Shown here piece by piece: positions 55,002 to 64,000 of a DNA stretch of 64,000 bases (positions are counted from its first letter, which is position 1; each line of letters begins with the position of its first letter). Source of the DNA: Candidatus Delongbacteria bacterium (GTDB lineage Bacteria > CAIWAD01); assembly GCA_963663545.1 (NCBI GenBank), contig OY760505.1:1856001-1920000 (forward strand), given 5' to 3'. Below the pieces are notes generated by a model. That model was not told the DNA's origin. It made no database searches and worked only from the letters and a program-made list of their open reading frames with translations. Both the position numbers and the translations under genes were made by a program.

Positions 55002-56362
55002 GACTTCAAGCCATTGTAAATGAAGCCGTCATTCTTCGGCGGTTCAACTTCCCACAGCTTGAGGATGCCATTGGTGTAGCTTTCATCACCCGTAATCGGG
55101 CTGTACACGGCAAAGCCGACGGTGTCAACACGAACAGCCTCAAAGGAGGGCTGGACACGCAAGCGGCCAATCAGGCCTGCAACCAGTGTGTCGGCAAGAA
55201 GGCGAGTGAACTGCTCTTTGGCAACCGGCGAGTTGTACTCGGGAAAGAGCACGTCCTCGCGGAATTCATCTGATGTGTAATAGGCTACGGAATCCACCGG
55301 CACACCGCCCGTTAGCAGCGGAACGCTAGGATCAGCGTTGGCTCCAGAAGCTGTCCGTGTCTTCTCCGATTCAGAGATCACGCGCTGTCCCGAACGTAGC
55401 GTGGCTGCGGCGGCCAGAGTTTCCTCAATCAGGATCTCAATCTTGAGATCCTCTGGCACCTTGTAAGCAGCATCTCCAGCGGCAGCGGCAGAGTCTGCCA
55501 GCGCTTGATATCGCATACCAACAGCTTGGCTGGCCATGCTCTTCAGCTCGTTCATGAACGCCTGCTTGCGCGCCAATGTCGTAACAACCTCACCCTCATC
55601 ACCATTAATGGTGTACAGGTATTCGCCCTTGTAGGCGTAGCGGCAAATGTGCTTCAGAATGAAGGTCTTGCCAGTATGCGGACAGGTAGAAATCTCATGT
55701 AGCGGTTGCGTAAAGCTGAAGCGCTTCACAGGCTGCGATACGGTGTCACCGTGGCTGAAACGCAAGGAGTCGGGATAGGGATAGAACAGGCCGCCTGTAG
55801 AGGCCCACAGGTCACGGCCAACGGTACCCATCTTGCGACGGAAGATCTTCACTTCCGAATCAGAGACGAGGTGAAGTGTATCGGACTGCAGGCCCTCGTA
55901 GAGCGGCTTGAACTGCGCCCAGACCTTTGTGTGATACAATGACTTGGTGCTTGAATCCGGCAGAACAAGGGTCTCGGGTTGCCCATACGCATAGCGTAGC
56001 GTGTCAATGCGCATGGTGTCTTCAAGCGAGATCAGCACCGAGTCGCGGAAACCACTTAGGTCACGGGGCAGCAGCACCTTGCGCTCAACATTGAAGCGAT
56101 ATGGCGCCGCGCTCACAACGCAGGTGTCGAGGGAGCCGATTATCTCGTCTAAGGTGTGCGGCCAAACGCGATGAAAGTAGAAATATTGGAGACCCGCCAC
56201 TTCGACATTACTCATCCGCTCACGGGCCAGCTGGGTATCGCGCTGGTGAGTTTCCCACTGGCTCTTGGAGAAATACACCGTGAAGACGAGAACGCCAGCG
56301 AGGACAACAATCAGCAGCTTCAACAGTATCGAGCCGCCTCCAGTGGACGCCTTCTTCGACAT
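54992..56362 (-). CDS. Hypothetical protein with an N-terminal TM and pilin-like helix
   Basis: ATG at 56362 with GGAG RBS; ILLKLLIVVLAGVLVFTVYF then ARERMSNV...QY...WPHTLDEI. Confidence 0.6.
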   Translation of the reverse strand: MSKKASTGGGSILLKLLIVVLAGVLVFTVYFSKSQWETHQRDTQLARERMSNVEVAGLQYFYFHRVWPHTLDEIIGSLDTCVVSAAPYRFNVERKVLLPRDLSGFRDSVLISLEDTMRIDTLRYAYGQPETLVLPDSSTKSLYHTKVWAQFKPLYEGLQSDTLHLVSDSEVKIFRRKMGTVGRDLWASTGGLFYPYPDSLRFSHGDTVSQPVKRFSFTQPLHEISTCPHTGKTFILKHICRYAYKGEYLYTINGDEGEVVTTLARKQAFMNELKSMASQAVGMRYQALADSAAAAGDAAYKVPEDLKIEILIEETLAAAATLRSGQRVISESEKTRTASGANADPSVPLLTGGVPVDSVAYYTSDEFREDVLFPEYNSPVAKEQFTRLLADTLVAGLIGRLRVQPSFEAVRVDTVGFAVYSPITGDESYTNGILKLWEVEPPKNDGFIYNGLKSWE

Positions 56363-56376
56363 GGGATCTCCTGTGT

Positions 56377-56883
56377 TTACTCGGTCGCCTGCTTCCGGTG
56401 CGCCATCAGTGTGTCTGCACCGGGCGGGGGACCCGCCACAATCATGTTTCGTATCCGTTCCAGTGTTGCCGGACCGATTCCGCGAACCCGCTGTAGATCT
56501 TCGACACTGGTAAAGCTTCCAAGAGTAGCGCGCAGATCCAGAATGGCTTGTGCCTTGGCCGGACCGATTCCGGGGATACGACACAGTGCGGCGAGATCGG
56601 CAGAGTTGACATCTACCGGGCCTCGGTTTTCTGCGTTACCGGAAACCCATTCGCTGTCGCACACAAGCGCAGCCTGCAACTGGAAAGCTACTCGTAAACT
56701 GTCAAGGTTTGCGGGAAGCGGCGCCTCTACAGGCCGCCGAAACGCCACAATCAGATATCCAGCACACACCAGCGCCAGCAACACCAACAGAGCTCGACGT
56801 TCCCGGGTAGAAAGTATCTGACTCACGAAACTACCAAACCACTGCAGAATTTGCACGTCGCGCAGCGGCTCGGCGGCGACCAC
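56377..56883 (-). CDS. comEA: ComEA-family helix-hairpin-helix DNA-binding protein
   Basis: TRERRALLVL TM; VDVNSADLAALCRIPGIGPAKAQAI; FTSVEDLQRVRGIGPATLE. Start uncertain. Confidence 0.88.
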   Translation of the reverse strand: MVAAEPLRDVQILQWFGSFVSQILSTRERRALLVLLALVCAGYLIVAFRRPVEAPLPANLDSLRVAFQLQAALVCDSEWVSGNAENRGPVDVNSADLAALCRIPGIGPAKAQAILDLRATLGSFTSVEDLQRVRGIGPATLERIRNMIVAGPPPGADTLMAHRKQATE

Positions 56884-56885
56884 GC

Positions 56886-58016
56886 TCAGTTGAAGAATAG
56901 CTTCTTGAGTCGGTTCAACAAGCCACTTTCCTGATGATCCGGCTGTATATCTTCCTGGTGTAAGAGTTTTTCGAACAGCGCGCGCGTTTCTGCCCCGGGC
57001 TTCTCCGGAGTGTATACATGCACATGCACCAGCTGATCACCGCGACGACCGTCTCTGCCCATGATTCCTTTTCCGCGCAGGCGCAACTGGTTGCCACTTT
57101 GCACGCCAGCCGGAATCTTGATCTTTGCCGTCCCACCCAGCACCGGCACGGTCACGTCTCCACCCAGCACGGCCATCGGCATAGAAATGGGTGTGATGCA
57201 AACGACGTTGTTGCCTATGCGCCGGAAATCCTGGTGCGGGATTTCCTCGAGCAGCACAATAATGTCTCCGCGTGGCCCACCACGCTCTCCCACATTGCCC
57301 TGGCCTCGCATGCGTAGATAGTTGCCACTTTCAACACCGGCAGGAACACGAACCTTGACTTTTGTATCACCGCGCACGCGGCCCGTTCCATGACAAGTGG
57401 TGCAGTGCTTGCTAATAATCTTGCCCTCGCCCTGGCAATTCTGGCAGACAGCGACATTCTCCATCATGCCCAGAAAGGTGCGTGTTACTTGTCGCACGCG
57501 ACCAGCACCTTTGCACACCGAGCAGGTCTCGGTTTTGCTCCCGGCTTCTGCCCCACTACCGCCACATGTATCACAGGTCTTCTGCACTTTCACGCGAAGG
57601 GTCTTTTCTACACCCTCTGCGATTTCTTCGAGCGTGAGCTTGAGCGTAATCTGCAGATCGCGGCCGCGGCGCGCGCCGCTGGCCTGCTGCTGGCCGCCAA
57701 AAAAGTCCTCAAACCCGAAACCACCGAAACTCTGCGCAAAAGAGCGGAAGATGTCGTAGGGATCGAAATCCGCGCCAGCACCGCCGCCAAAGCCCTGTGG
57801 GCCAGCGTGGCCGAACTGGTCGTATTGTGCGCGCTTCTGTTCGTCGCTGAGCACCGAATAGGCTTCGCTAACCTCCTTGAAGCGATCCTCGGCTCCCGGC
57901 TCTTTGTTCTTGTCGGGGTGATACTTCATCGCGAGTTGGCGATAGGCTTTTTTGATGCTAGCCTGATCGGCACCACGCTCTACGCCGAGTACTTCGTAAT
58001 AGTCACGCTTGTCCAT
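56886..58016 (-). CDS. dnaJ: Chaperone DnaJ
   Basis: [13 protein letters not shown] region, four CxxCxGxG motifs. Confidence 0.97.
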   Translation of the reverse strand: MDKRDYYEVLGVERGADQASIKKAYRQLAMKYHPDKNKEPGAEDRFKEVSEAYSVLSDEQKRAQYDQFGHAGPQGFGGGAGADFDPYDIFRSFAQSFGGFGFEDFFGGQQQASGARRGRDLQITLKLTLEEIAEGVEKTLRVKVQKTCDTCGGSGAEAGSKTETCSVCKGAGRVRQVTRTFLGMMENVAVCQNCQGEGKIISKHCTTCHGTGRVRGDTKVKVRVPAGVESGNYLRMRGQGNVGERGGPRGDIIVLLEEIPHQDFRRIGNNVVCITPISMPMAVLGGDVTVPVLGGTAKIKIPAGVQSGNQLRLRGKGIMGRDGRRGDQLVHVHVYTPEKPGAETRALFEKLLHQEDIQPDHQESGLLNRLKKLFFN

Positions 58017-58630
58017 CAGTTCTCCTCACGCCGGTTAACCACTACCTGGGCGTGACGAATTACAGTATCACCACTCTTGTAACCCTTCAGATGCTCGGCA
58101 ATAATGATGCCGTCTTCCTGATTTGGATCACACATGGTGGTAAGCGCATCGTGTAGCTCGGGGTTGAATTCTTCTCCCTGTGATACAAATGGTTTGACCT
58201 GCATTCCCTCGAGCAGCTGGCCGAATTTCTCCGTTGCCATCTTGGCACCGCTCAGCAGGGCTTCCATCGTCAACTTGGCGAGATCCTGCTCCAGTAGCCG
58301 CTGCAAATCATCAAGCACGGGCAGCAGTTGCATCACCGTTTCTTCACGAGCCCGGACGCGTGTTACAGCCTGCTCCTGGCGCGTGCGACGGCGAAAATTG
58401 TCAAACTCGGCCAATGTTCTCAGATAGCGATCGTTAGCAGCTGCTAATTCTCCACGCAGCTGCTCCAACTCGCTACCTAGCGAAGCCACCTCTTCTTCAC
58501 ATGTATCACAATCCGTAGCGGTCCCTGATTGTTCTTCCGCCTCTACTGCAGCCGGGGTTTGCTCGTCAGCAACCTGTGTCACGTCAGCTTCTTCCCTACT
58601 CTGCTTGTTGGCATTCTTGCGACTCATCAT
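58016..58630 (-). CDS. grpE: Nucleotide exchange factor GrpE
   Basis: [31 protein letters not shown]...VIRHAQVVV. Confidence 0.96.
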   Translation of the reverse strand: MMSRKNANKQSREEADVTQVADEQTPAAVEAEEQSGTATDCDTCEEEVASLGSELEQLRGELAAANDRYLRTLAEFDNFRRRTRQEQAVTRVRAREETVMQLLPVLDDLQRLLEQDLAKLTMEALLSGAKMATEKFGQLLEGMQVKPFVSQGEEFNPELHDALTTMCDPNQEDGIIIAEHLKGYKSGDTVIRHAQVVVNRREEN

Positions 58631-58638
58631 GCTCCTGC

Positions 58639-59700
58639 TTACTTCTTCTCACCAAGGCGACGACTGATCAAACCAGCCGTATACTTCACCAGGCTGCTCA
58701 AACGCGAATAGTCCATTCGTCGAGGACCGATTACACCCAACAGTCCAGGCAAATTGCCGATTTGGTAGCCTGCCGTAATCAAGCTGTATTCCATCACCTT
58801 CTGGTTTTCGTTTTCAGCACCTATGGAAATGGACAGTTCATCTTCGATGTGTTTGCTGACCAGGTGCCACACCATTTCTCGGTCTTCGACGATCTCCAGC
58901 ACACTCCGCAGGCCTTCTTCGCGAAACTCCGGCAGCGACGCCAGCTGGCCAGCGCCCTCCAGAATGACATCGTTGCTACCAACGGATGTAAAGAGCCTGT
59001 TCGTAGACTCGATGAAAACGCGTGCTACATCTATTCCCTCACCGCGCACGTCAGCCAGTCGTTCATGAATTGTCTCACGGATTTCGCGCAAGGTAAGTCC
59101 TACCAGTCGCTGTTGTATCACGCGCGCTATACCCGGCAGGTCGTCCGGTTTGATCTGCTGTTCGATTTCGAGCGTAACCGTCCGCGCCAAACCACTTGCC
59201 ACGGTAACGACAACCAGCACACGGTGACTCGATAAAGGCACCAGATCAATGCGCTCCAGGCGTCCGCCCTCAAACACCGGTGCCAGCACTACACCCAGAT
59301 TCACACTGATGGTCGAGAGCAACTGCGCTGTACGCGCAAGAATAGCCTCAACATCTGGCATCAATTCCTGCACGTTTCGCTCAATGAGGGCTTGCTCCTC
59401 AGCGCTGAGCTGCTGCTGTGTCATCATGTAGTTTACATACAAACGGTAGCCCATATCCGTTGGCACACGGCCGGCGCTAGTGTGCGGATGCGTCAGCAAC
59501 CCGCGCTCCTCCAGATCTGCCATCGCGTTGCGAATGGTGGCCGCCGAAAGACCAAGATCCGGCTGTTTGCTAAGGGTTCGTGAACCGACAGGTGTGGCGC
59601 TCAGGATGAAGCTGTGGATCACATGACGCAAGACCAGCGCCTCGCGATCCGAGAGGCCGGGCACCTGAAGAAAAGACTCGCTGTTGATCCGTTGATTCAC
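58639..59700 (-). CDS. hrcA: Heat-inducible transcription repressor HrcA
   Basis: GTG at 59700; PVGSRTL, SAATIRNAMADLEE.G, HTSAGRVPTDMGYRLYV, GVIGPRRMDY. Confidence 0.95.
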   Translation of the reverse strand: MNQRINSESFLQVPGLSDREALVLRHVIHSFILSATPVGSRTLSKQPDLGLSAATIRNAMADLEERGLLTHPHTSAGRVPTDMGYRLYVNYMMTQQQLSAEEQALIERNVQELMPDVEAILARTAQLLSTISVNLGVVLAPVFEGGRLERIDLVPLSSHRVLVVVTVASGLARTVTLEIEQQIKPDDLPGIARVIQQRLVGLTLREIRETIHERLADVRGEGIDVARVFIESTNRLFTSVGSNDVILEGAGQLASLPEFREEGLRSVLEIVEDREMVWHLVSKHIEDELSISIGAENENQKVMEYSLITAGYQIGNLPGLLGVIGPRRMDYSRLSSLVKYTAGLISRRLGEKK

Positions 59701-59728
59701 CTTGACCTCAACCTTGCACAGAACCAAG

Positions 59729-59757
59729 ATTATAGAATGGACACCGCCAGGAGTCAA
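59729..59757 (-). promoter_or_regulatory. sigma70 promoter of the hrcA operon
   Basis: Minus strand TTGACT-N17-TATAAT, about 30 nt upstream of the GTG. Confidence 0.8.
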
Positions 59758-59787
59758 GCTCTCTGGAACTCTCTCCGCCTTTGCCTC

Positions 59788-59816
59788 TTGCTTTGTTGAG
59801 AGTCTCTTGGTAAACT
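59788..59816 (+). promoter_or_regulatory. Putative sigma70 promoter of the rpmH operon
   Basis: TTGCTT-N17-TAAACT with a TG extension. Confidence 0.6.
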
Positions 59817-59865
59817 CGGTGTCTTTCTTGAAACGAAATGCATCCCACTTGAGGAGATAGTCGCG

Positions 59866-60009
59866 ATGAAGCGCACCTATCAACCCAGTAATCGCAAGCG
59901 CCGCAACAAGCACGGGTTCCGTGCTCGCATGGCCACCGCAGCCGGACGGCGTGTCCTGGCATCCCGTCGACTGAAGGGCCGTAAGCGCCTGACTGTCAGT
60001 GACGAATGA
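59866..60009 (+). CDS. rpmH: 50S ribosomal protein L34
   Basis: Manual translation [56 protein letters not shown]. Confidence 0.98.
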   Translation: MKRTYQPSNRKRRNKHGFRARMATAAGRRVLASRRLKGRKRLTVSDE

Positions 60010-60385
60010 CAACCGGCTTCCGCGCTCCTGTATTCTGAAGAGTTCCGCGCGTATTGCGGACCTTTTCTCTTCGGGCTCTCGCGTGCGAGGCCGATTCGTC
60101 ACCTTGTATTCGCTTCCCTCAGAGCGGCCTCGAGCCGCTTTCATTGTGCCAAAGCGCTATGGAAAAGCCGTGTTGCGCAACCAGCAAAAACGGCGCATGA
60201 GGGAAGCCTACCGGCAGCATCGTGGCTGGTTTACGGACAACCGGGACCTGCTTTTCTATATGCATCCTGCAAGGCAGAAGGGGCGACAGAAGGGTCCTTT
60301 GCCCGTGCAGAAAGTAGCCGCTTGGCAGGAAATCCTTCTGGACCTGCAACATGTGGGTGCTCGTCGTGAAAAGGCTCGCCATTAA
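59999..60385 (+). CDS. rnpA: Ribonuclease P protein component
   Basis: [23 protein letters not shown]; position after rpmH. Confidence 0.92.
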   Translation: MTNDNRLPRSCILKSSARIADLFSSGSRVRGRFVTLYSLPSERPRAAFIVPKRYGKAVLRNQQKRRMREAYRQHRGWFTDNRDLLFYMHPARQKGRQKGPLPVQKVAAWQEILLDLQHVGARREKARH

Positions 60386-60572
60386 TCTGATCCGCCTCTA
60401 TCAGAGGTGGATTTCGCCGCTCTCGGGGCCGCAATGTCGCTACTACCCAAGCTGTTCCGAGTATGCACGAATGAGCTTTGAGAAGTACGGATTCTTTCAC
60501 GCCCTGGGAAAGAGTTGCTGGCGTTTGCTACGCTGCAATCCTTGGTCCGGTGGCGGGGTGGATTATCCATAA
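60351..60572 (+). CDS. yidD: Membrane protein insertion efficiency factor YidD
   Basis: YQRWISP, CRYYPSCSEY, RCNPWSGGGVD. Start may be the GTG at 60367. Confidence 0.95.
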   Translation: MWVLVVKRLAINLIRLYQRWISPLSGPQCRYYPSCSEYARMSFEKYGFFHALGKSCWRLLRCNPWSGGGVDYP

Positions 60573-60593
60573 AATCAGTGAGATCGCGAAGTA

Positions 60594-62390
60594 ATGGACA
60601 AGCGCACTTATCTGGCATTCGTTCTGATCGGCTTGATCGCCCTGTTCATGAGCAGCAAAACCTACAAGCAGTGGGTTGGGCAGCCGACGCAACCCGTTGA
60701 GCAAACCACGGCACAGATTCAGGACGACCAGGGCAGCCCCGACAATGCCAGCGGCGACGGTTGGACGGATGAGGACAGATCAGATCCGGAGGAGGCCTTT
60801 GACTCTTCCGATCTCGTTGAAGACGCTCCTTTTACAGAGTCCCTGCTGCGTGTGGAAACCCCGCACTACATCATGACCTTCAGCAACCGCGGTGGCGGTC
60901 CTGTCCGCGGCGAACTGAAAGGACTCAAGTCCTACTACGGCGAGACGGTGCTGCTTTTCGATAATGGCGGCAACAACACCTCGCTTCTTCTGAACTACGA
61001 CGGGCAGCGCATTGACACCGGCACTCTTCCCTTTGAATCGGATCGCGACTACGACCTGATTCTGGGCGAGAACGAGCAGGCTTCGCTCGCCTATCGCTAC
61101 ACAATGCCTGATGGCGCAGTTGTGGAGAAGACCTTCCGCTTTGATGCCGCGTTGTTTGTTGTTGAAATGGACCTCTCGGTACGCGATCTCAGTAGCCCTC
61201 TTCGCGGTGGCAATTACTACCTGGGCTGGGATAGCCCCATGCGCATCACAGAACCCGACACGCTTCAAGACGCCTACTATACAGAAGCACTGGCCCTAAT
61301 GGGCAACGATGTCGACAACTTTGGTATCGGTCGTCGCAAAGACATCCAGGAAGAAAGCTGGGAAGGCAGCATCGGCTGGGCCGGTGCCCGCACCAAGTAT
61401 TTCGCTCTGATCATTGAACCCGATCGTCGCGCAGAAAAGGTGAGCTTTGTCGGTCAGCAGCAGCACTATCCCGGTGGTCGCGGAAGCTGGAAGCACTACA
61501 GCTTTGAGCTGGGCCTGGCACTGGAATCGCAGCGCGGCATTGATGATTCTTTCCGTCTCTACATGGGTCCGCTTTCCCGCAGCACCCTTGTTGGAATGTC
61601 TGAAAGCGTTTCCAAAGCCGTCATGACCAAGACAAGCCTTGGACCGATGTCTTTCATGTGGGGGATGATCAAACCCTTCGCCATTGGCATTCTCTGGCTG
61701 CTGAAGTTCCTGCACAAGTTCATCAGCAACTATGGCATCATCCTGCTTCTACTTGCTGTGGTCATTAAGCTGATCACTTGGCCCTTGACCATGAAAAGCT
61801 ACCGCAGCATGAAGGAGATGGCCAACATCAAGCCCCTACTGGAGGAGTTGCAGAAGAAATACGCGAACGACAAGCAGAAGCTTCAAGTGGAAACGATGGC
61901 GCTGTACAAAGAACACGGCGTCAACCCGTTCGGAAGCTGCCTGCCAACCTTGTTGCAGATGCCTGTCTTGTTCGCGCTATTCTTTGTTTTCCGTGGCACT
62001 TTTGAACTACGTGGTGCCAGCTTTTTTGGCTGGATCAATGATCTTTCGGTGCCTGACGTCGTGTTCTCGCTGCCTTTCTCGCTGCCTTTCTATGGCGCGG
62101 ATGTTGCCGTTCTTCCGCTGGTGTATACGGTCATTTCCATTTTTACTTTCCGTATGACGATGGCGGATCAGCAGAACAAGATGATGATGTACGCCATGCC
62201 CCTGATGATGCTAATGATTTTCAATCGTTTGCCCTCAGGATTGACCCTGTACTATATCGCGTTCAACCTGTTGCAGTTGGTGCAACAGCACTATACCAAG
62301 GGTATGACCGTGGCTGGGCCGTCCCAGGCCAGTGCCGCCAATACTGATGCTGCGGATTCCATTCGCATGAAGCGCAAGCGGCGCAATTAG
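60594..62390 (+). CDS. yidC: Membrane protein insertase YidC
   Basis: FSNRGG, NYGIIL, PLTMKSYRSM, GVNPFGSCLPTLLQMP, WINDLS.PD, PSGLTLY. Confidence 0.97.
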   Translation: MDKRTYLAFVLIGLIALFMSSKTYKQWVGQPTQPVEQTTAQIQDDQGSPDNASGDGWTDEDRSDPEEAFDSSDLVEDAPFTESLLRVETPHYIMTFSNRGGGPVRGELKGLKSYYGETVLLFDNGGNNTSLLLNYDGQRIDTGTLPFESDRDYDLILGENEQASLAYRYTMPDGAVVEKTFRFDAALFVVEMDLSVRDLSSPLRGGNYYLGWDSPMRITEPDTLQDAYYTEALALMGNDVDNFGIGRRKDIQEESWEGSIGWAGARTKYFALIIEPDRRAEKVSFVGQQQHYPGGRGSWKHYSFELGLALESQRGIDDSFRLYMGPLSRSTLVGMSESVSKAVMTKTSLGPMSFMWGMIKPFAIGILWLLKFLHKFISNYGIILLLLAVVIKLITWPLTMKSYRSMKEMANIKPLLEELQKKYANDKQKLQVETMALYKEHGVNPFGSCLPTLLQMPVLFALFFVFRGTFELRGASFFGWINDLSVPDVVFSLPFSLPFYGADVAVLPLVYTVISIFTFRMTMADQQNKMMMYAMPLMMLMIFNRLPSGLTLYYIAFNLLQLVQQHYTKGMTVAGPSQASAANTDAADSIRMKRKRRN

Positions 62391-62415
62391 CCGGGGCCGG
62401 CCGCGCAGAAGAAAC

Positions 62416-63795
62416 ATGACTCTTCGCGACCGGACGACCATTCTTGCCATTTCGACACCACCCGGTACTTCGGGTATTGGTGTACTCCGCCTCAGCGGCC
62501 CGGACTCCTTCGCGCTTGTCGCGGAACGCTTTGTCCCGGGACTCGACTATCCCGCGGATAATCTTAGGGATAGACACTTCAAGTTCCGTCACGCACATGC
62601 TCATACAGGCTGGATTCTCGCCAACGACGCTAGGCCACTAGATCAGGTAGTTGTGTTAGCCCGTCGCGCTCCGCGCACCTACACTGGCGAAGACATGGTG
62701 GAAATCCACACGCATGGAAATCCCGCTTTGATGCAGGAATTGCTTGAGCTGCTTGCGCAGAAAGCGGCGTTGGCAGAACCCGGCGAATTCACTCGGCGTG
62801 CGTTGCTTAACGACAAGCTGGATCTGGCTCAAGCGGAGGCCGTGCATCGTTTAGTTGAGAGTCAGAGCCGCTGGGGCCGTGAGTTGGCGCTCAAAGCACT
62901 AGGCGGTCACACCAGTCAGCTAATTCAGGAACTGCGCGCGCAATTAATCGACCTCCTTGCCCGTTTGGAAGTAGAGTTTGATTTCAGTCATGAAGAAGTG
63001 GATGAACTGACAGCAGAAGAGCTCCTTCCTCTGCTGGAGCAGCCGCTTCACAGGCTTGAGCGCTGGCTTGCCACCTGGCGCGGTGGTCATCTTGCACACG
63101 GAGCTCAAATTGTTCTAACAGGTGCACCGAATGCGGGTAAGTCAACGCTTTTGAATGCCTTGCTGGCTGAGGAACGGGTCCTTGTTGACGACCAACCGGG
63201 CACAACGCGCGATGCCATTTCTTCAGCATTGCAGCTAGGCCCCTTACACATTACCCTGTGGGATACAGCCGGATTACGTCCGGATGGAGAGCGCGTTGAA
63301 CGGGCTGGAATGGAGCAGACTCGCAAACGACTTCAGGACGCAGACCTGATTCTGGCACTCCATCCGGTTGACAAAGGGCCATGGCCAGACATGGATTTTG
63401 CTTTTGACGTGCCAGTGCTACCGCTTGGTACAATGTCCGACCGCATGGTTCACGCCCTGCCAATTCGCACTACACAGTGGGGGCCCGAAGTACCGCTTTC
63501 TGCCTTCTGTGAAGGCGATCTGGAACGGTTGAAGGCGCGCATGCTGCAGTTGCTTTTGCACGATCTAGATAGACAACAAGAGCTTGTAATTCATGAAGAA
63601 AGACACCGCGCGCTATTGCTTTCAAGTCGTGACGCGTTGTTGCGCGCCCGCCAACTGCTACTGACCGGTAGCGATCGTGTCCTATTGGCCACAGAATTAC
63701 GCGATTCCATAGATGAGTTGGGGCAAATCTATGGAGGCTTTGATGTGGAAGAACTGTTGGATAACATCTTTGCAAAATTCTGCATTGGTAAATAA
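62416..63795 (+). CDS. mnmE: tRNA modification GTPase MnmE
   Basis: AISTPPG, TGEDMVEIHTHG, GEFTRRA, GAPNAGKS, GTTRD, DTAG, FCIGK. Confidence 0.97.
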   Translation: MTLRDRTTILAISTPPGTSGIGVLRLSGPDSFALVAERFVPGLDYPADNLRDRHFKFRHAHAHTGWILANDARPLDQVVVLARRAPRTYTGEDMVEIHTHGNPALMQELLELLAQKAALAEPGEFTRRALLNDKLDLAQAEAVHRLVESQSRWGRELALKALGGHTSQLIQELRAQLIDLLARLEVEFDFSHEEVDELTAEELLPLLEQPLHRLERWLATWRGGHLAHGAQIVLTGAPNAGKSTLLNALLAEERVLVDDQPGTTRDAISSALQLGPLHITLWDTAGLRPDGERVERAGMEQTRKRLQDADLILALHPVDKGPWPDMDFAFDVPVLPLGTMSDRMVHALPIRTTQWGPEVPLSAFCEGDLERLKARMLQLLLHDLDRQQELVIHEERHRALLLSSRDALLRARQLLLTGSDRVLLATELRDSIDELGQIYGGFDVEELLDNIFAKFCIGK

Positions 63796-63801
63796 TTATC
63801 C

Positions 63802-64000
63802 ATGACAAGATTACATAAGACATCCGGTTCCACGTGGAACAAAAGCGGCTTTGACCTTGCCGTCATCGGAGGCGGTCATGCCGGGATTGAAGCGGCGCTA
63901 GCAGGCGTTCGCATGGGACTATGTACTGTCCTGATAAGCTCCCGGCTTGACACAATCGGCCAGATGTCCTGCAATCCCGCAATAGGAGGTTTGGGAAAGG
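63802..64000 (+). CDS. mnmG: tRNA uridine-5-carboxymethylaminomethyl enzyme MnmG (5' part only)
   Basis: Manual translation ...[18 protein letters not shown]...[15 protein letters not shown]. Confidence 0.95.
   Translation, partial: MTRLHKTSGSTWNKSGFDLAVIGGGHAGIEAALAGVRMGLCTVLISSRLDTIGQMSCNPAIGGLGK
63826..63841. other. parS centromere-like site
   Basis: GGTTCCACGTGGAACA has a perfect 14-bp palindrome and fits the TGTTNCACGTGNAACA consensus at all but the first base. Confidence 0.8.

Larger units (their letters stand above)
767..59121. repeat. Highly iterated dispersed motif GTGAYAC / GTRTCAC
   Basis: About 140-150 copies by eye, e.g. near 1114, 1132, 2028, 4667, 9575, 20681, 27503, 27987, 28005, 40992, 48063, 48091, 58503. 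Confidence 0.9.

Noticed and set aside
767..59121. GTGAYAC as CRP sites, matS, Chi or KOPS
   Set aside because: Copies are mostly intragenic single sites without the TGTGA-N6-TCACA or GTGACRNYGTCAC dyads, and they occur on both strands without evident polarity.
58639..60144. 501-aa HrcA as given in the ORF track
   Set aside because: The extension overlaps rpmH and rnpA on the opposite strand; the promoter and homology support a start at 59700.
60563..60571. DnaA-box-like TTATCCATA (and TTATCCATG near 63796)
   Set aside because: Isolated imperfect matches at gene ends, with no cluster or AT-rich unwinding element.
1..64000. CRISPR array, tRNA, rRNA, IS transposase, integrase or prophage genes
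   Set aside because: No regularly spaced repeat-spacer structure or recognisable motifs were seen by eye. A small RNA could have been missed.

Overview
A 64-kb bacterial chromosomal segment, roughly 55-60% GC by eye, using the standard genetic code. YPNPFNP-type C-terminal secretion domains suggest an FCB-superphylum lineage (inference). From left to right: partial dsbD; a sensor kinase and a sigma54-type response regulator flanking or adjacent to three very large secreted modular proteins (GH18-like, S8 protease with beta-helix repeats, prenyltransferase-repeat/PKD); a PafB/PafC-like WYL pair; a trxA/MarR/cutA/EIIA/PII/TrmH/SpoIID/cysteine synthase block; a compositionally mosaic secreted protein followed by an orphan copy of its own C-terminus and a nonsense-interrupted YhcG; DUF485-actP followed by an unusual PHP-sCache-PAS-CBS-DUF294 nucleotidyltransferase receptor; prolyl oligopeptidase, GH97, three Yip1-like genes, HDOD-GGDEF, rsmD, comEA and hrcA-grpE-dnaJ; then rpmH-rnpA-yidD-yidC-mnmE-mnmG with a parS site, which indicates origin proximity. 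The most striking unannotated signal is the 7-mer GTGAYAC (reverse complement GTRTCAC). I counted roughly 140-150 copies by eye against about 15 expected, on both strands and in several reading frames, with sharp motif-free zones. All calls are from reading the sequence; no searches were run.
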